A stretch of DNA of 52,318 nucleotides from Minisyncoccota bacterium (GCA_035531495.1 DATKSU010000001.1:1-52318), one strand, 5' to 3'; positions 1 through 9,062 are shown, numbered from the stretch's first letter. Numbers and translations are program-made. The notes: generated by a model from the letters alone, not told the origin.

Positions 1-224
1 ACCCCGAACCGTCGGCCGGCCTCGGTCGGAGAATGCCCGTGCCGCACCATAGCGGCGGCGTCTCTCCTCACCTTGGGCATGTATGGATTCTTGGTGTACA
101 TGACGCGATGGTATCGCGTCCAAGCTATTGAACCATTACGGGGGTATTGTCTTCTGCGCAAGATGTGCTATTATGTAAATTGGCCAATTGCCCGCGGCTA
201 TGCCGCGCTACCTAAGGAGGAGAT

Positions 225-467
225 ATGAAGACCATGCATGAGATCCTTGAAGATAAATTTCTGTACGCAGCGTTCATCTGCGTACTGCTCGCTGTCGGCG
301 TCGCGCTCGCCGACGTCCGTGACCCCCATGAGGCGGTCGCGCGGTACATAATTGGATTTATCCTGCTGGGTGTCGCAGCAGCCATGGGCATCATTCAGAT
401 GCTCGGCAGGCGCGAGGGCAGGCATGACGCAGTACAGGGGATATCAGAGATCATCGACAAGCTCTGA
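225..467 (+). CDS. small hydrophobic (membrane) protein, 80 aa, function unknown
   Basis: ATG is preceded by AAGGAGG at good spacing (ctaAGGAGGagatATG). The translation contains two hydrophobic stretches. No family was recognised. Confidence 0.5.
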   Translation: MKTMHEILEDKFLYAAFICVLLAVGVALADVRDPHEAVARYIIGFILLGVAAAMGIIQMLGRREGRHDAVQGISEIIDKL

Positions 468-586
468 TGACTCGTAGGACGGCCGGTCGCGGGTGTATCC
501 GCGACCGGCCGCTTCATTTCTTGACGCGCCCTCTCCGGACGCGCATAGTGACGGGAGATTCCCGCTTATCACCGATAGGAGGAACC

Positions 587-802
587 ATGCTCAGTGTCAT
601 CGGATGGATCGTCTTTACGATCGTCGCCGCGACCTCACTCGTCCTGACGCTTTTCGTCATCTCGTTGAAGCTCGGCGAGTACTTCGACTCGCCCCTTATC
701 TTCGTCGGCGCATTCGCCGAAAGCATCAGCGCAGCGCTGGTCCTCATCGTCCATCACTATCGCAAGATCAAGCCGCTCGCACCGCCCGGCGAACCTCACT
801 GA
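587..802 (+). CDS. small membrane protein, 71 aa, function unknown
   Basis: Internal ATG of the 467..802 ORF, preceded by tAGGAGGaacc. The product MLSVIGWIVFTIVAATSLVL... is two TM-like segments. The upstream part of the ORF looks non-coding (Arg/Pro-rich). Confidence 0.5.
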   Translation: MLSVIGWIVFTIVAATSLVLTLFVISLKLGEYFDSPLIFVGAFAESISAALVLIVHHYRKIKPLAPPGEPH

Positions 803-861
803 CCGCGGATTCAGGCTTTACGGCAGGCACGACACACCGCGCTTGCCGTTATCCGTTACCG

Positions 862-896
862 ACGTTTTGCATTTTCAAAACGTGTCGGTGTATAGT
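862..896 (+). promoter_or_regulatory. dnaJ promoter (TTGCAT-N18-TATAGT) with an overlapping 8-bp inverted repeat
   Basis: TTGCAT lies at 867-872 and TG+TATAGT at 889-896, 9 nt before the dnaJ ATG at 906. The perfect inverted repeat ACGTTTTG (862-869) / CAAAACGT (876-883) straddles the -35. Confidence 0.55.
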
Positions 897-905
897 GTCT
901 CAACT

Positions 906-1985
906 ATGGCAAAGGATTATTATGCGGTGCTCGGCGTCGACAAGAAGGCGTCGAAGGACGACATCAAGAAGGCGTTCCGCAAGCTCGCGCACAAGTACCA
1001 CCCCGACAAGGGCGGCACGGACGAGACGAGGTTCAAGGAGATAACCGAAGCGTACGCCATCCTCTCCGATGAGAAGAAGCGCCGCGAGTACGACGCGTAC
1101 GGCCAGGCCTTCTCGGGCGGCGCTGGACCGGGCACGGGCGGCAATCCGTTCGCCGGCTTCGACTTCTCACAGTTCCAGCAGGACTTCGGCGGCGGGACCG
1201 AATTCGACTTCGGCGACCTGTTCGGCGACATCTTCGGCGGGCGCGCGAGCCGCTCCCGCATGCCGCGCGGGCGCGACATCTCCATCGATCTCGAGGTGTC
1301 CTTCAAGGACGCTGTCTTCGGCACGAAGCGTCACGTCCTCATCGCGAAGGTGTCCCGGTGCGACGTGTGCGGCGGCAACGGCGCGAAGCCCGGTACGCCG
1401 CTCGACACGTGCACCGTCTGCAACGGCAGCGGCCGCGTTCATGAGGTGCGCAACTCCATCCTCGGGCAGTTCACGAGCACGCGCACCTGCGCGACCTGCG
1501 ACGGCACCGGCAAGATACCGAAAGAGAAATGCGCGGCATGCAAAGGCCACGGCGTCCTGCGCAAGGAAGAGGACATCCAGATCACCATCCCAGCCGGTAT
1601 CGAGAACGGCGAGATGATACGCCTGCCGCAGCAGGGCGAAGCGGTGAAGGCCGGCGTCGCGGGCGATCTCTACGTGAAAGTGCACGTGAAGCCGCACCCG
1701 GTCTTCCGCCGCGAGGGGACGAATCTCGTCATGGACCTGCCCGTGAAGCTTACCGATGCCTTGCTCGGCACCACCGTTCCCATCGAGATTTTGGAAGGGA
1801 AGACGCTCGAGGTGGAGGTGCCGCCCATGAAGCGCTCCGAAGAGCTCCTGCGTGTGCGCGGCAAGGGCATCCCGCAGGACGGCGCCCGCGGCGACCTCAT
1901 CATCCACCTCGAGACGGCCCTCCCGCAGAAGCTTTCGGGCAAGGCCCGCAAGGCCATTGAGGATTTGAAGGACGAGGGTCTCTAA
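906..1985 (+). CDS. dnaJ: molecular chaperone DnaJ (J domain, G/F region, four CxxCxGxG zinc motifs)
   Basis: MAKDYYAVLGV...HPDK J-domain, a Gly/Phe-rich linker, and CDVCGGNG / CTVCNGSG / CATCDGTG / CAACKGHG repeats. The start was moved to the Met22 of the track ORF. Confidence 0.95.
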   Translation: MAKDYYAVLGVDKKASKDDIKKAFRKLAHKYHPDKGGTDETRFKEITEAYAILSDEKKRREYDAYGQAFSGGAGPGTGGNPFAGFDFSQFQQDFGGGTEFDFGDLFGDIFGGRASRSRMPRGRDISIDLEVSFKDAVFGTKRHVLIAKVSRCDVCGGNGAKPGTPLDTCTVCNGSGRVHEVRNSILGQFTSTRTCATCDGTGKIPKEKCAACKGHGVLRKEEDIQITIPAGIENGEMIRLPQQGEAVKAGVAGDLYVKVHVKPHPVFRREGTNLVMDLPVKLTDALLGTTVPIEILEGKTLEVEVPPMKRSEELLRVRGKGIPQDGARGDLIIHLETALPQKLSGKARKAIEDLKDEGL

Positions 1986-1999
1986 GGGGAGGTATACTG

Positions 2000-2539
2000 G
2001 TGCCGATGGGCGCCGCCGTGAGCAACATCGCGAACCTCTCGCAAGTCAATTCCATCGTCACGACGACGACGGGCACCTTGTGGGCGGCGACGGGCAATTT
2101 CGTCATCATCCTCGCCCTCCTCGGGGTGCTCTTCCTCTTCTCCCGCTACGTGGGCCGCGGCCCGTTCGTCGCCCTTCTCCTGGCCTTCTACGCCGCCTAC
2201 GCCCTTTACGAGACCTTCCCGTACATGTCGTACCTGCCGACGGCGCCGGCAGTCACGGCGCTCGTCACGCACGCCGCGGTCTACGTCGCGCTCGTCCTCG
2301 TCTTCTACATGATATTGCGCCGCGTCGTCGTCTCGGACTTCCTCTACATCGGCCTCTTCGGCCTCGTCGCGCTCTCGTTCTTCGGTGCCGCGTTCCTCGT
2401 CGCCATTTCGTACCACCTCTTCCTCATCAGCGCCGTGTATCAGTTCAATCCGACCATCAGCGCCGTCTTCGCTCCCGACCAGTATTTCTTCTGGTGGTTC
2501 GCCGCCCCTGCCATCGGCCTCTTCTTTCTCGCGAGGTGA
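2000..2539 (+). CDS. polytopic membrane protein, function unknown
   Basis: The 179-aa ORF is strongly hydrophobic with about five TM segments. A GTG at 2000 follows GGGGAGG. Alternatively, the ATG at 2006 lies 7 nt after TATACT (1993-1998). Confidence 0.6.
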   Translation: MPMGAAVSNIANLSQVNSIVTTTTGTLWAATGNFVIILALLGVLFLFSRYVGRGPFVALLLAFYAAYALYETFPYMSYLPTAPAVTALVTHAAVYVALVLVFYMILRRVVVSDFLYIGLFGLVALSFFGAAFLVAISYHLFLISAVYQFNPTISAVFAPDQYFFWWFAAPAIGLFFLAR

Positions 2540-2554
2540 AAAATATCAGCTTCG

Positions 2555-2563
2555 TGGTATAAT
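2555..2563 (+). promoter_or_regulatory. extended -10 promoter (TGgTATAAT) of the ABC transporter gene
   Basis: TGgTATAAT ends 6 nt before the GTG start at 2570. No SD is present, which implies a leaderless mRNA. Confidence 0.6.
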
Positions 2564-2569
2564 ATTTTA

Positions 2570-4354
2570 GTGACGGATACGAGACCGAAATTCACCTGGG
2601 CCGAGAAGAAAGCCGCGCTTGCGCGGCAGCTTCGTCCTTACCGGAGTCTGCTCGTCACGCTCGGCATCGTCGAGGTGTTCGCCGCCGTCGCCAACGGCGT
2701 AGTCCCGTATCTGACCGGCAAATTCTTCGATGCGCTCATCACCCCGCATGCTATCGCGCTGCCGGGGTTCGGCGCCTATCCGGCCTGGGCGGTGCTGCTC
2801 GGCGCCTGGATACTCATCCAGCTCCTCGCGAACCTGACGAGCTTCGCGAGCGACCGCTATGAGCGCCATCTGACGACCGAGGTGGAAGCCGGTGTGCAAG
2901 CGCGCGCGTTCGTCCACCTGCTCACGCTCCCGGTCTCGTTCCACAAGAAGCACCGGACAGGCGAGATCGTCGATAACTTGAGTCGGGCCGGCTGGATGCT
3001 CGGGAGCATGATAAGCACGATTCTCTCTATCGCGCCGCAGTTCCTCACCATCGTCATCGGCGTCGGCATCTCATTCGCCATCTACCCGAGACTCGCGCTC
3101 GTCCTCCTCGCCGGTATCGCCGTCTACCTCGTCGTTCTCCTGCGCGTCCTGCCGCAGACGAGTCATTTCCAGGAAGAGGGGTTCCGCATCTGGAATCGCG
3201 CCTTCGGCGACGCGCAGGATGCGTACGCGAACGTCTCGACCGTAAAGCATGCCGGAGCCGAGGCGTACGAGGGCAAGCGCATCATGAGCGCGTTCTACGA
3301 GAAGGCTGTGCCGCTGTGGTATCGCATGGAGCGCGCCTGGAGCAACCTGAACTTCTCTCAGCGCATCATCGTTACCGCGACGCAAGGGGCGATACTCCTG
3401 TACTCGGTCTTCCTCATCGCCGGACACCAGATAACCATCGGCGATCTCATCGCCTTCAACGCATATGCCGCCATGATCATCGGTCCGTTCGTCTCCCTCG
3501 GCCGGCAGTGGCAGACCGTCCAGAACGGTCTCACGGCCGTCGCGCGCGTGGAACTCATCTTCGGCACGGCGCCCGAAGCCTATGAGCCGCCGGAAGCCAT
3601 CGCGCTGCCGGACGTGAAGGGGAATGTCTCGTTCGAAGATGTGCATTTCTCGTACGGAGCCGACCAGCCCGAGGTGCTCAAGGGCGTCTCGTTCGCCGCA
3701 AAGGCGGGCGAGGTCATCGCGCTGGTCGGCGAGACGGGCGTCGGCAAATCGACGACTGCCGACCTCATTTCGGCCTACTATTTCGCGACCGATGGCCGCA
3801 TTCTCATCGACGGCCACGATATACGCGACGTGAACCTGCGCGACCTGCGCCGCAGCATCGCCGTCGTCCCGCAGGAGGTCGTGCTCTTCAATGCGTCTAT
3901 CAAGGACAACATCCGGTACGGCCGCCCTGATGCGACCGACGAGGAGGTCATTGCGGCGGCGGAGCGCGCGCATGCGGGCGCGTTCATACGGAGATTTCCG
4001 GAGCAGTACGAGCAGGAGGTGGGGGAGCGCGGCATCAAGCTCTCGGTCGGCCAGAAGCAGCGCGTCGCTATCGCGCGCGCGATGCTGCGTGACCCGCACA
4101 TCCTCATCCTCGACGAGCCGACCTCGGCGCTCGACCCGGAGACCGAGAGCTATATCACCAAATCGCTTGAAGAGCTCATGGAAGATCGGACCACCTTCAT
4201 CATCGCGCATCGTCTCTCGACCGTCCGGGAGGCGGATCGCATCATCGTACTCGAGGACGGCCGCATCGCCGAGGAAGGGTCGCATGACGAGCTGATCGCG
4301 AAAAACGGCGCGTATGCTCGCCTCTACAACTTCCACATCGGACTGCGCGAGTAA
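2570..4354 (+). CDS. ABC transporter, fused permease/ATP-binding protein (MsbA/exporter type)
   Basis: An N-terminal six-TM exporter domain is followed by Walker A GETGVGKST, the signature LSVGQKQR and Walker B ILILDEPTSALD. Confidence 0.9.
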   Translation: MTDTRPKFTWAEKKAALARQLRPYRSLLVTLGIVEVFAAVANGVVPYLTGKFFDALITPHAIALPGFGAYPAWAVLLGAWILIQLLANLTSFASDRYERHLTTEVEAGVQARAFVHLLTLPVSFHKKHRTGEIVDNLSRAGWMLGSMISTILSIAPQFLTIVIGVGISFAIYPRLALVLLAGIAVYLVVLLRVLPQTSHFQEEGFRIWNRAFGDAQDAYANVSTVKHAGAEAYEGKRIMSAFYEKAVPLWYRMERAWSNLNFSQRIIVTATQGAILLYSVFLIAGHQITIGDLIAFNAYAAMIIGPFVSLGRQWQTVQNGLTAVARVELIFGTAPEAYEPPEAIALPDVKGNVSFEDVHFSYGADQPEVLKGVSFAAKAGEVIALVGETGVGKSTTADLISAYYFATDGRILIDGHDIRDVNLRDLRRSIAVVPQEVVLFNASIKDNIRYGRPDATDEEVIAAAERAHAGAFIRRFPEQYEQEVGERGIKLSVGQKQRVAIARAMLRDPHILILDEPTSALDPETESYITKSLEELMEDRTTFIIAHRLSTVREADRIIVLEDGRIAEEGSHDELIAKNGAYARLYNFHIGLRE

Positions 4355-4369
4355 TGCTATAGTTTCCCC

Positions 4370-5623
4370 ATGACGCTCGCGCAGGAGCTCAAGGAACGCG
4401 GCCTTATCGTCGACACCTCGGCACCGCCCGAGAAGATATTCGCTGCCCGTCGCACCGTCTATCTCGGCATCGATCCGACGGCGGACTCCATGCACGCGGG
4501 CCACCTCGTGCCCATCCTGCTCATGCGGCGGCTCGGCGAGGCGGGGAACAAACTCATCTTCCTCGTCGGCGGCGGGACGGGGCTCGTCGGCGATCCGAAG
4601 GAGGCGGGGGAGCGGCCGATGCTCGATGCGAAGACGGTCGCCGCGAATACACGCGCGCTCAAGCGCCAGCTGAAAGGCCTCATGAACGGCATCCCATTCA
4701 CGATGGCCGACAACGCCGACTGGCTCGCAAAGCTCAAGCTCCTGCCGTTCTTGCGCGAGATCGGCAAGCACTTCACGGTGAACGACCTTGTCAAGCGCGA
4801 CATCATCAAGAAGCGCCTCGAGACGCCTGACGAGAGCATCTCGTACACGGAATTCACCTATGCGCTCTTACAGGGTTATGATTTTCTGACCCTGAACGAG
4901 AAGTACGGCTGCGACCTCCAGGTCGGCGCCTCCGACCAGTGGACGAACATGCTCTCGGGCGTCGAGCTCATCCGCAAAAAGGCCGGAAGGGAGGCGTTCG
5001 CCTTCACGGTGCCGCTCATCACGGACGCGAACGGCAAGAAGTTTGGCAAGTCGGAAGGCAACGCCGTCTGGCTCGACGCGCGCAAGACCTCTCCGTTCCG
5101 TTTCTACCAGTTCTGGATGAATCTCCCGGATACGAACGTCGAACAGTATCTCAAAGTCTACACGTTCATGCCGCTCGCGGAGATTCAGGCGCTCATGGAG
5201 CTACACCGGAGGAGCCCCGGCGAGCGGCAGGCGCAAGAGACGCTCGCGCGCCTCGTGACGGAGCTCGTGCACGGCCCAGCCGCCACCGCGCAGGCGGCCG
5301 CGGCGACCGACGCTCTCTTCGGCGGCGTGCCCTTCGCCAATCTTTCGAACGAAGCGCGCGAAGTCGTTCTCGCCGAAGCGCCGTCGGTGACGCTCTCGAA
5401 GAAAGAGATTGCGGACGGCGTCCCGCTCGCCGATATCCTCATCTCGGGCGGCCTCGCTTCCTCCCGCTCCGACTCCCGCCGGCTCGTGGAAGGGAAGGGC
5501 GTGACGGTGAACGGAATGGTGCCCCAGGCGCCCGACCAGAAAGTCTATGCCGGCGACCTGCCGGGCGGCCACGCGCTCGTGCGCAAAGGCAAGCAGGGCG
5601 TCCTCATCCTCGTTTTGAAATAA
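4370..5623 (+). CDS. tyrS: tyrosyl-tRNA synthetase
   Basis: Class I HIGH-type motif (DSMHAGHL), a KFGKS (KMSKS-like) motif and a C-terminal S4-like domain. TGcTATAGT (4355-4363) lies 6 nt upstream of the ATG. Confidence 0.95.
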   Translation: MTLAQELKERGLIVDTSAPPEKIFAARRTVYLGIDPTADSMHAGHLVPILLMRRLGEAGNKLIFLVGGGTGLVGDPKEAGERPMLDAKTVAANTRALKRQLKGLMNGIPFTMADNADWLAKLKLLPFLREIGKHFTVNDLVKRDIIKKRLETPDESISYTEFTYALLQGYDFLTLNEKYGCDLQVGASDQWTNMLSGVELIRKKAGREAFAFTVPLITDANGKKFGKSEGNAVWLDARKTSPFRFYQFWMNLPDTNVEQYLKVYTFMPLAEIQALMELHRRSPGERQAQETLARLVTELVHGPAATAQAAAATDALFGGVPFANLSNEAREVVLAEAPSVTLSKKEIADGVPLADILISGGLASSRSDSRRLVEGKGVTVNGMVPQAPDQKVYAGDLPGGHALVRKGKQGVLILVLK

Positions 5624-5652
5624 GTAGCCGCATCGGCTATAGTGGCCTCATT

Positions 5653-5735
5653 GCGTCGGTGGCAGAGTGGTCAATTGCACTTGGCTGTAAACCAAGCGAC
5701 TTCGGTCTACGAAGGTTCGAATCCTTCCCGGCGCA
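5653..5735 (+). tRNA. tRNA-Tyr (anticodon GTA), long variable arm
   Basis: Hand fold: acceptor GCGTCGG/CCGGCGC (one G-U), D stem GCAG/TTGC, anticodon stem CTTGG/CCAAG with loop CTGTAAA. There is a long variable arm, T arm GAAGG-TTCGAAT-CCTTC and discriminator A. TATAGT at 5638-5643 lies upstream. Confidence 0.9.
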
Positions 5736-5765
5736 CCCTGATAATTCTATGCTATCGTTTGCGGT

Positions 5766-6845
5766 ATGAGTAACGGCAGGCCCGTCCTCGTCTCCGGCGT
5801 CAAACCGACCGGGGACCTGCATATCGGCAACTATTTCGGCGCGATACGCCAGCAGGTCGAGCTTGTCGAAAGCGGGAAGTACCGCCCCTTCATTTTCGTC
5901 GCCGACTATCACGCACTGAACACGATGCAGGACGCCGAAGAGATGCGCCGCCGCACGAAGGAGCTCGTAATGGCCTACCTCGCCATCGGCCTCGATCCGA
6001 AGGAAGTGGTGCTCTTCAAGCAATCGGACGTCCCTGCGCACACCGAACTCTGCTGGATTTTCGATAGCATCACCACGATGCCCTACCTGATGCTTTCACA
6101 TGCGTTCAAAGCTACAGCTGATAGAGCCTTTTTTGAAAATAACAACATTAAGACAACTGCTGATTTGAATAATTACTTCAATAGTCTACCTATGACAGAA
6201 GCGGATGCCGGCTCAGACACATTTCGGTCAATGGTGAGTAGAGTCTTCAAGGGGATTGGCGTCGGCACGTTCAACTACCCGATGCTCATGGCCGCCGACA
6301 TACTCCTCTATGACGCTGCGGTCGTACCGGTCGGCCAGGACCAGAAGCAGCACATCGAATACGCGCGCGACACAGCGGAGAAATTCAATCGCATCTTCAA
6401 GGAGGACGTCTTTACGCTCCCCGAGCCCTACATCATGCCGGACGTCGCCGTCGTTCCAGGCACGGATGGTCAGAAGATGAGCAAGAGCTACGGCAACGTC
6501 ATCCCGCTCTTCGGGAGCCGCGACAAGCTCGCGAAGGCCGTGATGAGCATCGTGACGGACTCCTCCGGGAAACGTCCGGAGAACGTTTACGCCATCCACA
6601 AGCTCGTGAAGAGCGAAAAGGAGCTTGAACCGCTCTACAAGAACAATCGCGGCAACTACAAGGCGCTCAAGGAAGCGCTCATCGAAGACCTCGACCGTTA
6701 CTTCGCGCCGATGCGTGAGCGATACGAGGCGCTCGAGAAGGACCCGGGCGCCGTCGAAGGCATCCTCGCGGAAGGGAAACAGGAAGCCCGTGCCGTTTCC
6801 GAGGCGAAGATGGAGCGAGTTCGCCGCGCCATCGGTGTAGCATAA
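5766..6845 (+). CDS. trpS: tryptophanyl-tRNA synthetase (with an AT-rich in-frame insertion)
   Basis: GVKPTGDLHIGNY (HIGH region), YPMLMAADILLY, VPVGQDQKQH and KMSKS are present. TGcTATCGT lies 7 nt upstream of the ATG. Confidence 0.9.
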   Translation: MSNGRPVLVSGVKPTGDLHIGNYFGAIRQQVELVESGKYRPFIFVADYHALNTMQDAEEMRRRTKELVMAYLAIGLDPKEVVLFKQSDVPAHTELCWIFDSITTMPYLMLSHAFKATADRAFFENNNIKTTADLNNYFNSLPMTEADAGSDTFRSMVSRVFKGIGVGTFNYPMLMAADILLYDAAVVPVGQDQKQHIEYARDTAEKFNRIFKEDVFTLPEPYIMPDVAVVPGTDGQKMSKSYGNVIPLFGSRDKLAKAVMSIVTDSSGKRPENVYAIHKLVKSEKELEPLYKNNRGNYKALKEALIEDLDRYFAPMRERYEALEKDPGAVEGILAEGKQEARAVSEAKMERVRRAIGVA

Positions 6846-6849
6846 GCGT

Positions 6850-8253
6850 ATGGAGCGCACCCTCATCGGCGAACTCGGAAAGCATGTCGGCGAAACCGTC
6901 TCCATAAGCGGCTGGGTGGACGTGCGTCGCGACCAGGGGAAGATGGTCTTCTTCGATTTCCGGGACCGTTCGGGAATCGTACAGGGCGTCGTTCTGCCGA
7001 AGAGCGAGGCGATGGAGGCTGCCAAAGACGTCCGCAACGAATACGTCGTGCGGATAGAGGGCGTCGTCAACAAACGCCCAGACAAGAACGTGAACGCAGG
7101 CGTCTTGAACGGCGACATCGAACTCGAGATAACGGCCGTCGAGGTCTTGAACCACTCGGAGCCGATGCCGTTCGATATCTCAGGCGACACGCGCGCCGTA
7201 GACGAGAACGTCCGCGCCGAGTATCGCTACCTCGACCTGCGCAGCCCTCGCTTGCGGAAGAACATGCAGGTGCGCAGCGAATTCGTCCGCCGCTGCCGCG
7301 AGCACCTCTTCGCGGGCGGCTTCATCGAGATAGAGACGCCGCTTCTGACCGAGTCCACGCCCGAGGGCTCGCGCGATTTCGTCGTTCCGTCGCGGCTCAA
7401 CCCCGGCAAATTCTATGCGCTCCCGCAGTCGCCCCAGCAGTACAAGCAGCTCCTCATGACGGCCGGTTTCGAGCGGTACTTCCAGATCGCCCGCTGCATC
7501 CGCGACGAAGACCTGCGCGCTGACCGCGGCTTCGAGCATACCCAGGTGGATATCGAGATGTCGTTCGTCACGATGGAAGACGTCATGCAAGCCGTGGAGG
7601 AGATGATCATCTCGGTGGTCGAGGCGATGGGGCACGTCATAAAGGAGAAGCCCTTCCCGCGCATCTCGTACAAGGACGCGATGGCGACGTACGGTGCGGA
7701 CAAGTTCGACCTGCGCACGGAAGAGGAGAAAGGGAAGGGCGTCCTCGCGTACGCCTGGGTCGTCAATTTCCCGTTCTTCGAGAAAACCGAGAAAGGCGGC
7801 TGGACCTTCACGCATAACCCGTTCTCAATGCCGGTTCCCGAGCACCTCGACTGGCTCATGAAGGGCGAGCATATCGGGGACATCCTCACAACGCAGTACG
7901 ACCTCGTCTGCAACGGCTTCGAGTCGGGCGGCGGTTCCATCCGCGCGCACAAGCCCGAGATACTCGAAGCCGTCTATAAGGTGATGGGTTTTTCGGGCGC
8001 GGAGCTCGAAGAACGCGTCGGCCACATGCTGCGCGCCTTCCGGCACGGCACGCCCCCGCACGGCGGCATCGCCCTCGGCGTAGAGCGCAACGTCATGAAC
8101 CTCACCGGCGAGTCGATGCTGCGGGAAGTGCAGGCCTTCCCGATGACGCGCGGCGGCCAGACCTCCGTCATGAAGGCGCCGAAGGAACTGTCGCAGAAGC
8201 AGCTCGACGAACTCCACCTTTCCATCAATGTACCTCGCGACGCCGAAAACTAA
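6850..8253 (+). CDS. aspS: aspartyl-tRNA synthetase, short form lacking the GAD insertion domain
   Basis: OB-fold N-terminus, bacterial-type LPQSPQQYKQLLM, FQIARCIRDED, and class II motif 3 GGIALGVERNVM. The length is 467 aa, compared with about 590 aa for canonical bacterial AspRS. Confidence 0.9.
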   Translation: MERTLIGELGKHVGETVSISGWVDVRRDQGKMVFFDFRDRSGIVQGVVLPKSEAMEAAKDVRNEYVVRIEGVVNKRPDKNVNAGVLNGDIELEITAVEVLNHSEPMPFDISGDTRAVDENVRAEYRYLDLRSPRLRKNMQVRSEFVRRCREHLFAGGFIEIETPLLTESTPEGSRDFVVPSRLNPGKFYALPQSPQQYKQLLMTAGFERYFQIARCIRDEDLRADRGFEHTQVDIEMSFVTMEDVMQAVEEMIISVVEAMGHVIKEKPFPRISYKDAMATYGADKFDLRTEEEKGKGVLAYAWVVNFPFFEKTEKGGWTFTHNPFSMPVPEHLDWLMKGEHIGDILTTQYDLVCNGFESGGGSIRAHKPEILEAVYKVMGFSGAELEERVGHMLRAFRHGTPPHGGIALGVERNVMNLTGESMLREVQAFPMTRGGQTSVMKAPKELSQKQLDELHLSINVPRDAEN

Positions 8254-8974
8254 CTTCACCATCCGGACGGACTCGTTCCAGGGCCCGTTCGAGCTCGTGC
8301 TCGAGCTCATCGAGGCGCACAAGCTTCTCATCAACGACCTTGCGCTCGCGAGCATCACCGAAGATTTCATCCAGCACGTGCGCGCGCAAGCATCATTCCC
8401 CATCGAGGAGACGGCGAATTTCATACAGATTGCGGCGACGCTGCTCCTCATCAAGTCGAAATCCCTCGTGCCGGACTTGACCCTGACCGAAGATGAGAGT
8501 GCGGACGTCGACGACCTCAAGCGCCGGCTCGAGGCCTATGAGAAGGTGCGCGAAGCGGCGCGCGAGCTCTCCCGCATCTATGGCCGAACCGTCATGTTCC
8601 CGGCAGGGGAGCGGCCGCCCGAGACCGTCTTTGCGCCCGCCCGCGACTTCACGAAGGCGGCCCTCGCCGACGCGCTCGCGCGCGTGCTCGCCGCGCGCGA
8701 GGAAGTCGAGGCGCTGCCCGAGGCGCGCGTGAAGCCGGTGGTGACCATCGAGGAGATGATGGAACGACTCGCCGCGCGCGTCCAGGGCGCGCTCACGCTC
8801 TCGTTCAAGGAATTCACGGGCTCCTCCAAGGAGAAAGTCGAAGTCATCGTGTCCTTCCTCGCGCTGCTCGAGCTCGTCAAGCAGGGCGCGGTCGCCGCCG
8901 AGCAGTACGCCGCTCACGGCGATATCCGCATCAGCCATACCGCGCCGGAGGCTACCCCGCGCTACGGTACCTGA
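8228..8974 (+). CDS. scpA: segregation and condensation protein A (kleisin)
   Basis: The FQGPFELVLELIEAHKLLINDLALASIT N-terminus is typical of ScpA. It is followed directly by scpB. The start overlaps the aspS 3' end by 26 nt. Confidence 0.8.
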   Translation: MYLATPKTNFTIRTDSFQGPFELVLELIEAHKLLINDLALASITEDFIQHVRAQASFPIEETANFIQIAATLLLIKSKSLVPDLTLTEDESADVDDLKRRLEAYEKVREAARELSRIYGRTVMFPAGERPPETVFAPARDFTKAALADALARVLAAREEVEALPEARVKPVVTIEEMMERLAARVQGALTLSFKEFTGSSKEKVEVIVSFLALLELVKQGAVAAEQYAAHGDIRISHTAPEATPRYGT

Positions 8975-9062
8975 CGACGGCCTCTTCCCGGGCCATAGGC
9001 CCGCAAAAACGTCCCCAATCGGCGCGTTGCCCTCGAGGGAGTGCGCGGCTATGATAGGGGTA

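Noticed and set aside
1-80. An ORF fragment on the minus strand starting at 80 and running off the left edge (MPKVRRDAAAMVRHGHSPTEAGRRFG…), reminiscent of an IS-family transposase HTH N-terminus.
   Set aside because: Only 26 codons are visible and the similarity is impressionistic. It cannot be supported from this window.
3071-4771. Very long antisense or alternative-frame ORFs (for example 3071..4771, 12405..13889, 19553..21124, 33760..35388, 37352..39259, 39413..41281, 41920..43722).
   Set aside because: Each lies opposite or out of frame to a confidently recognised housekeeping gene. Their translations are Arg/Ala/Gly/Asp-rich low-complexity strings with no motifs. Stop-poor alternative frames are expected in DNA of about 65% G+C.
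9027-9062. The upstream non-ATG start (9027) and the ATG at 9051 for scpB.
   Set aside because: The ATG at 9051 is embedded in the TATGAT -10 box itself. The ATG at 9063 sits 7 nt downstream of that box, like the other leaderless genes, and the conserved ScpB sequence begins right after it.
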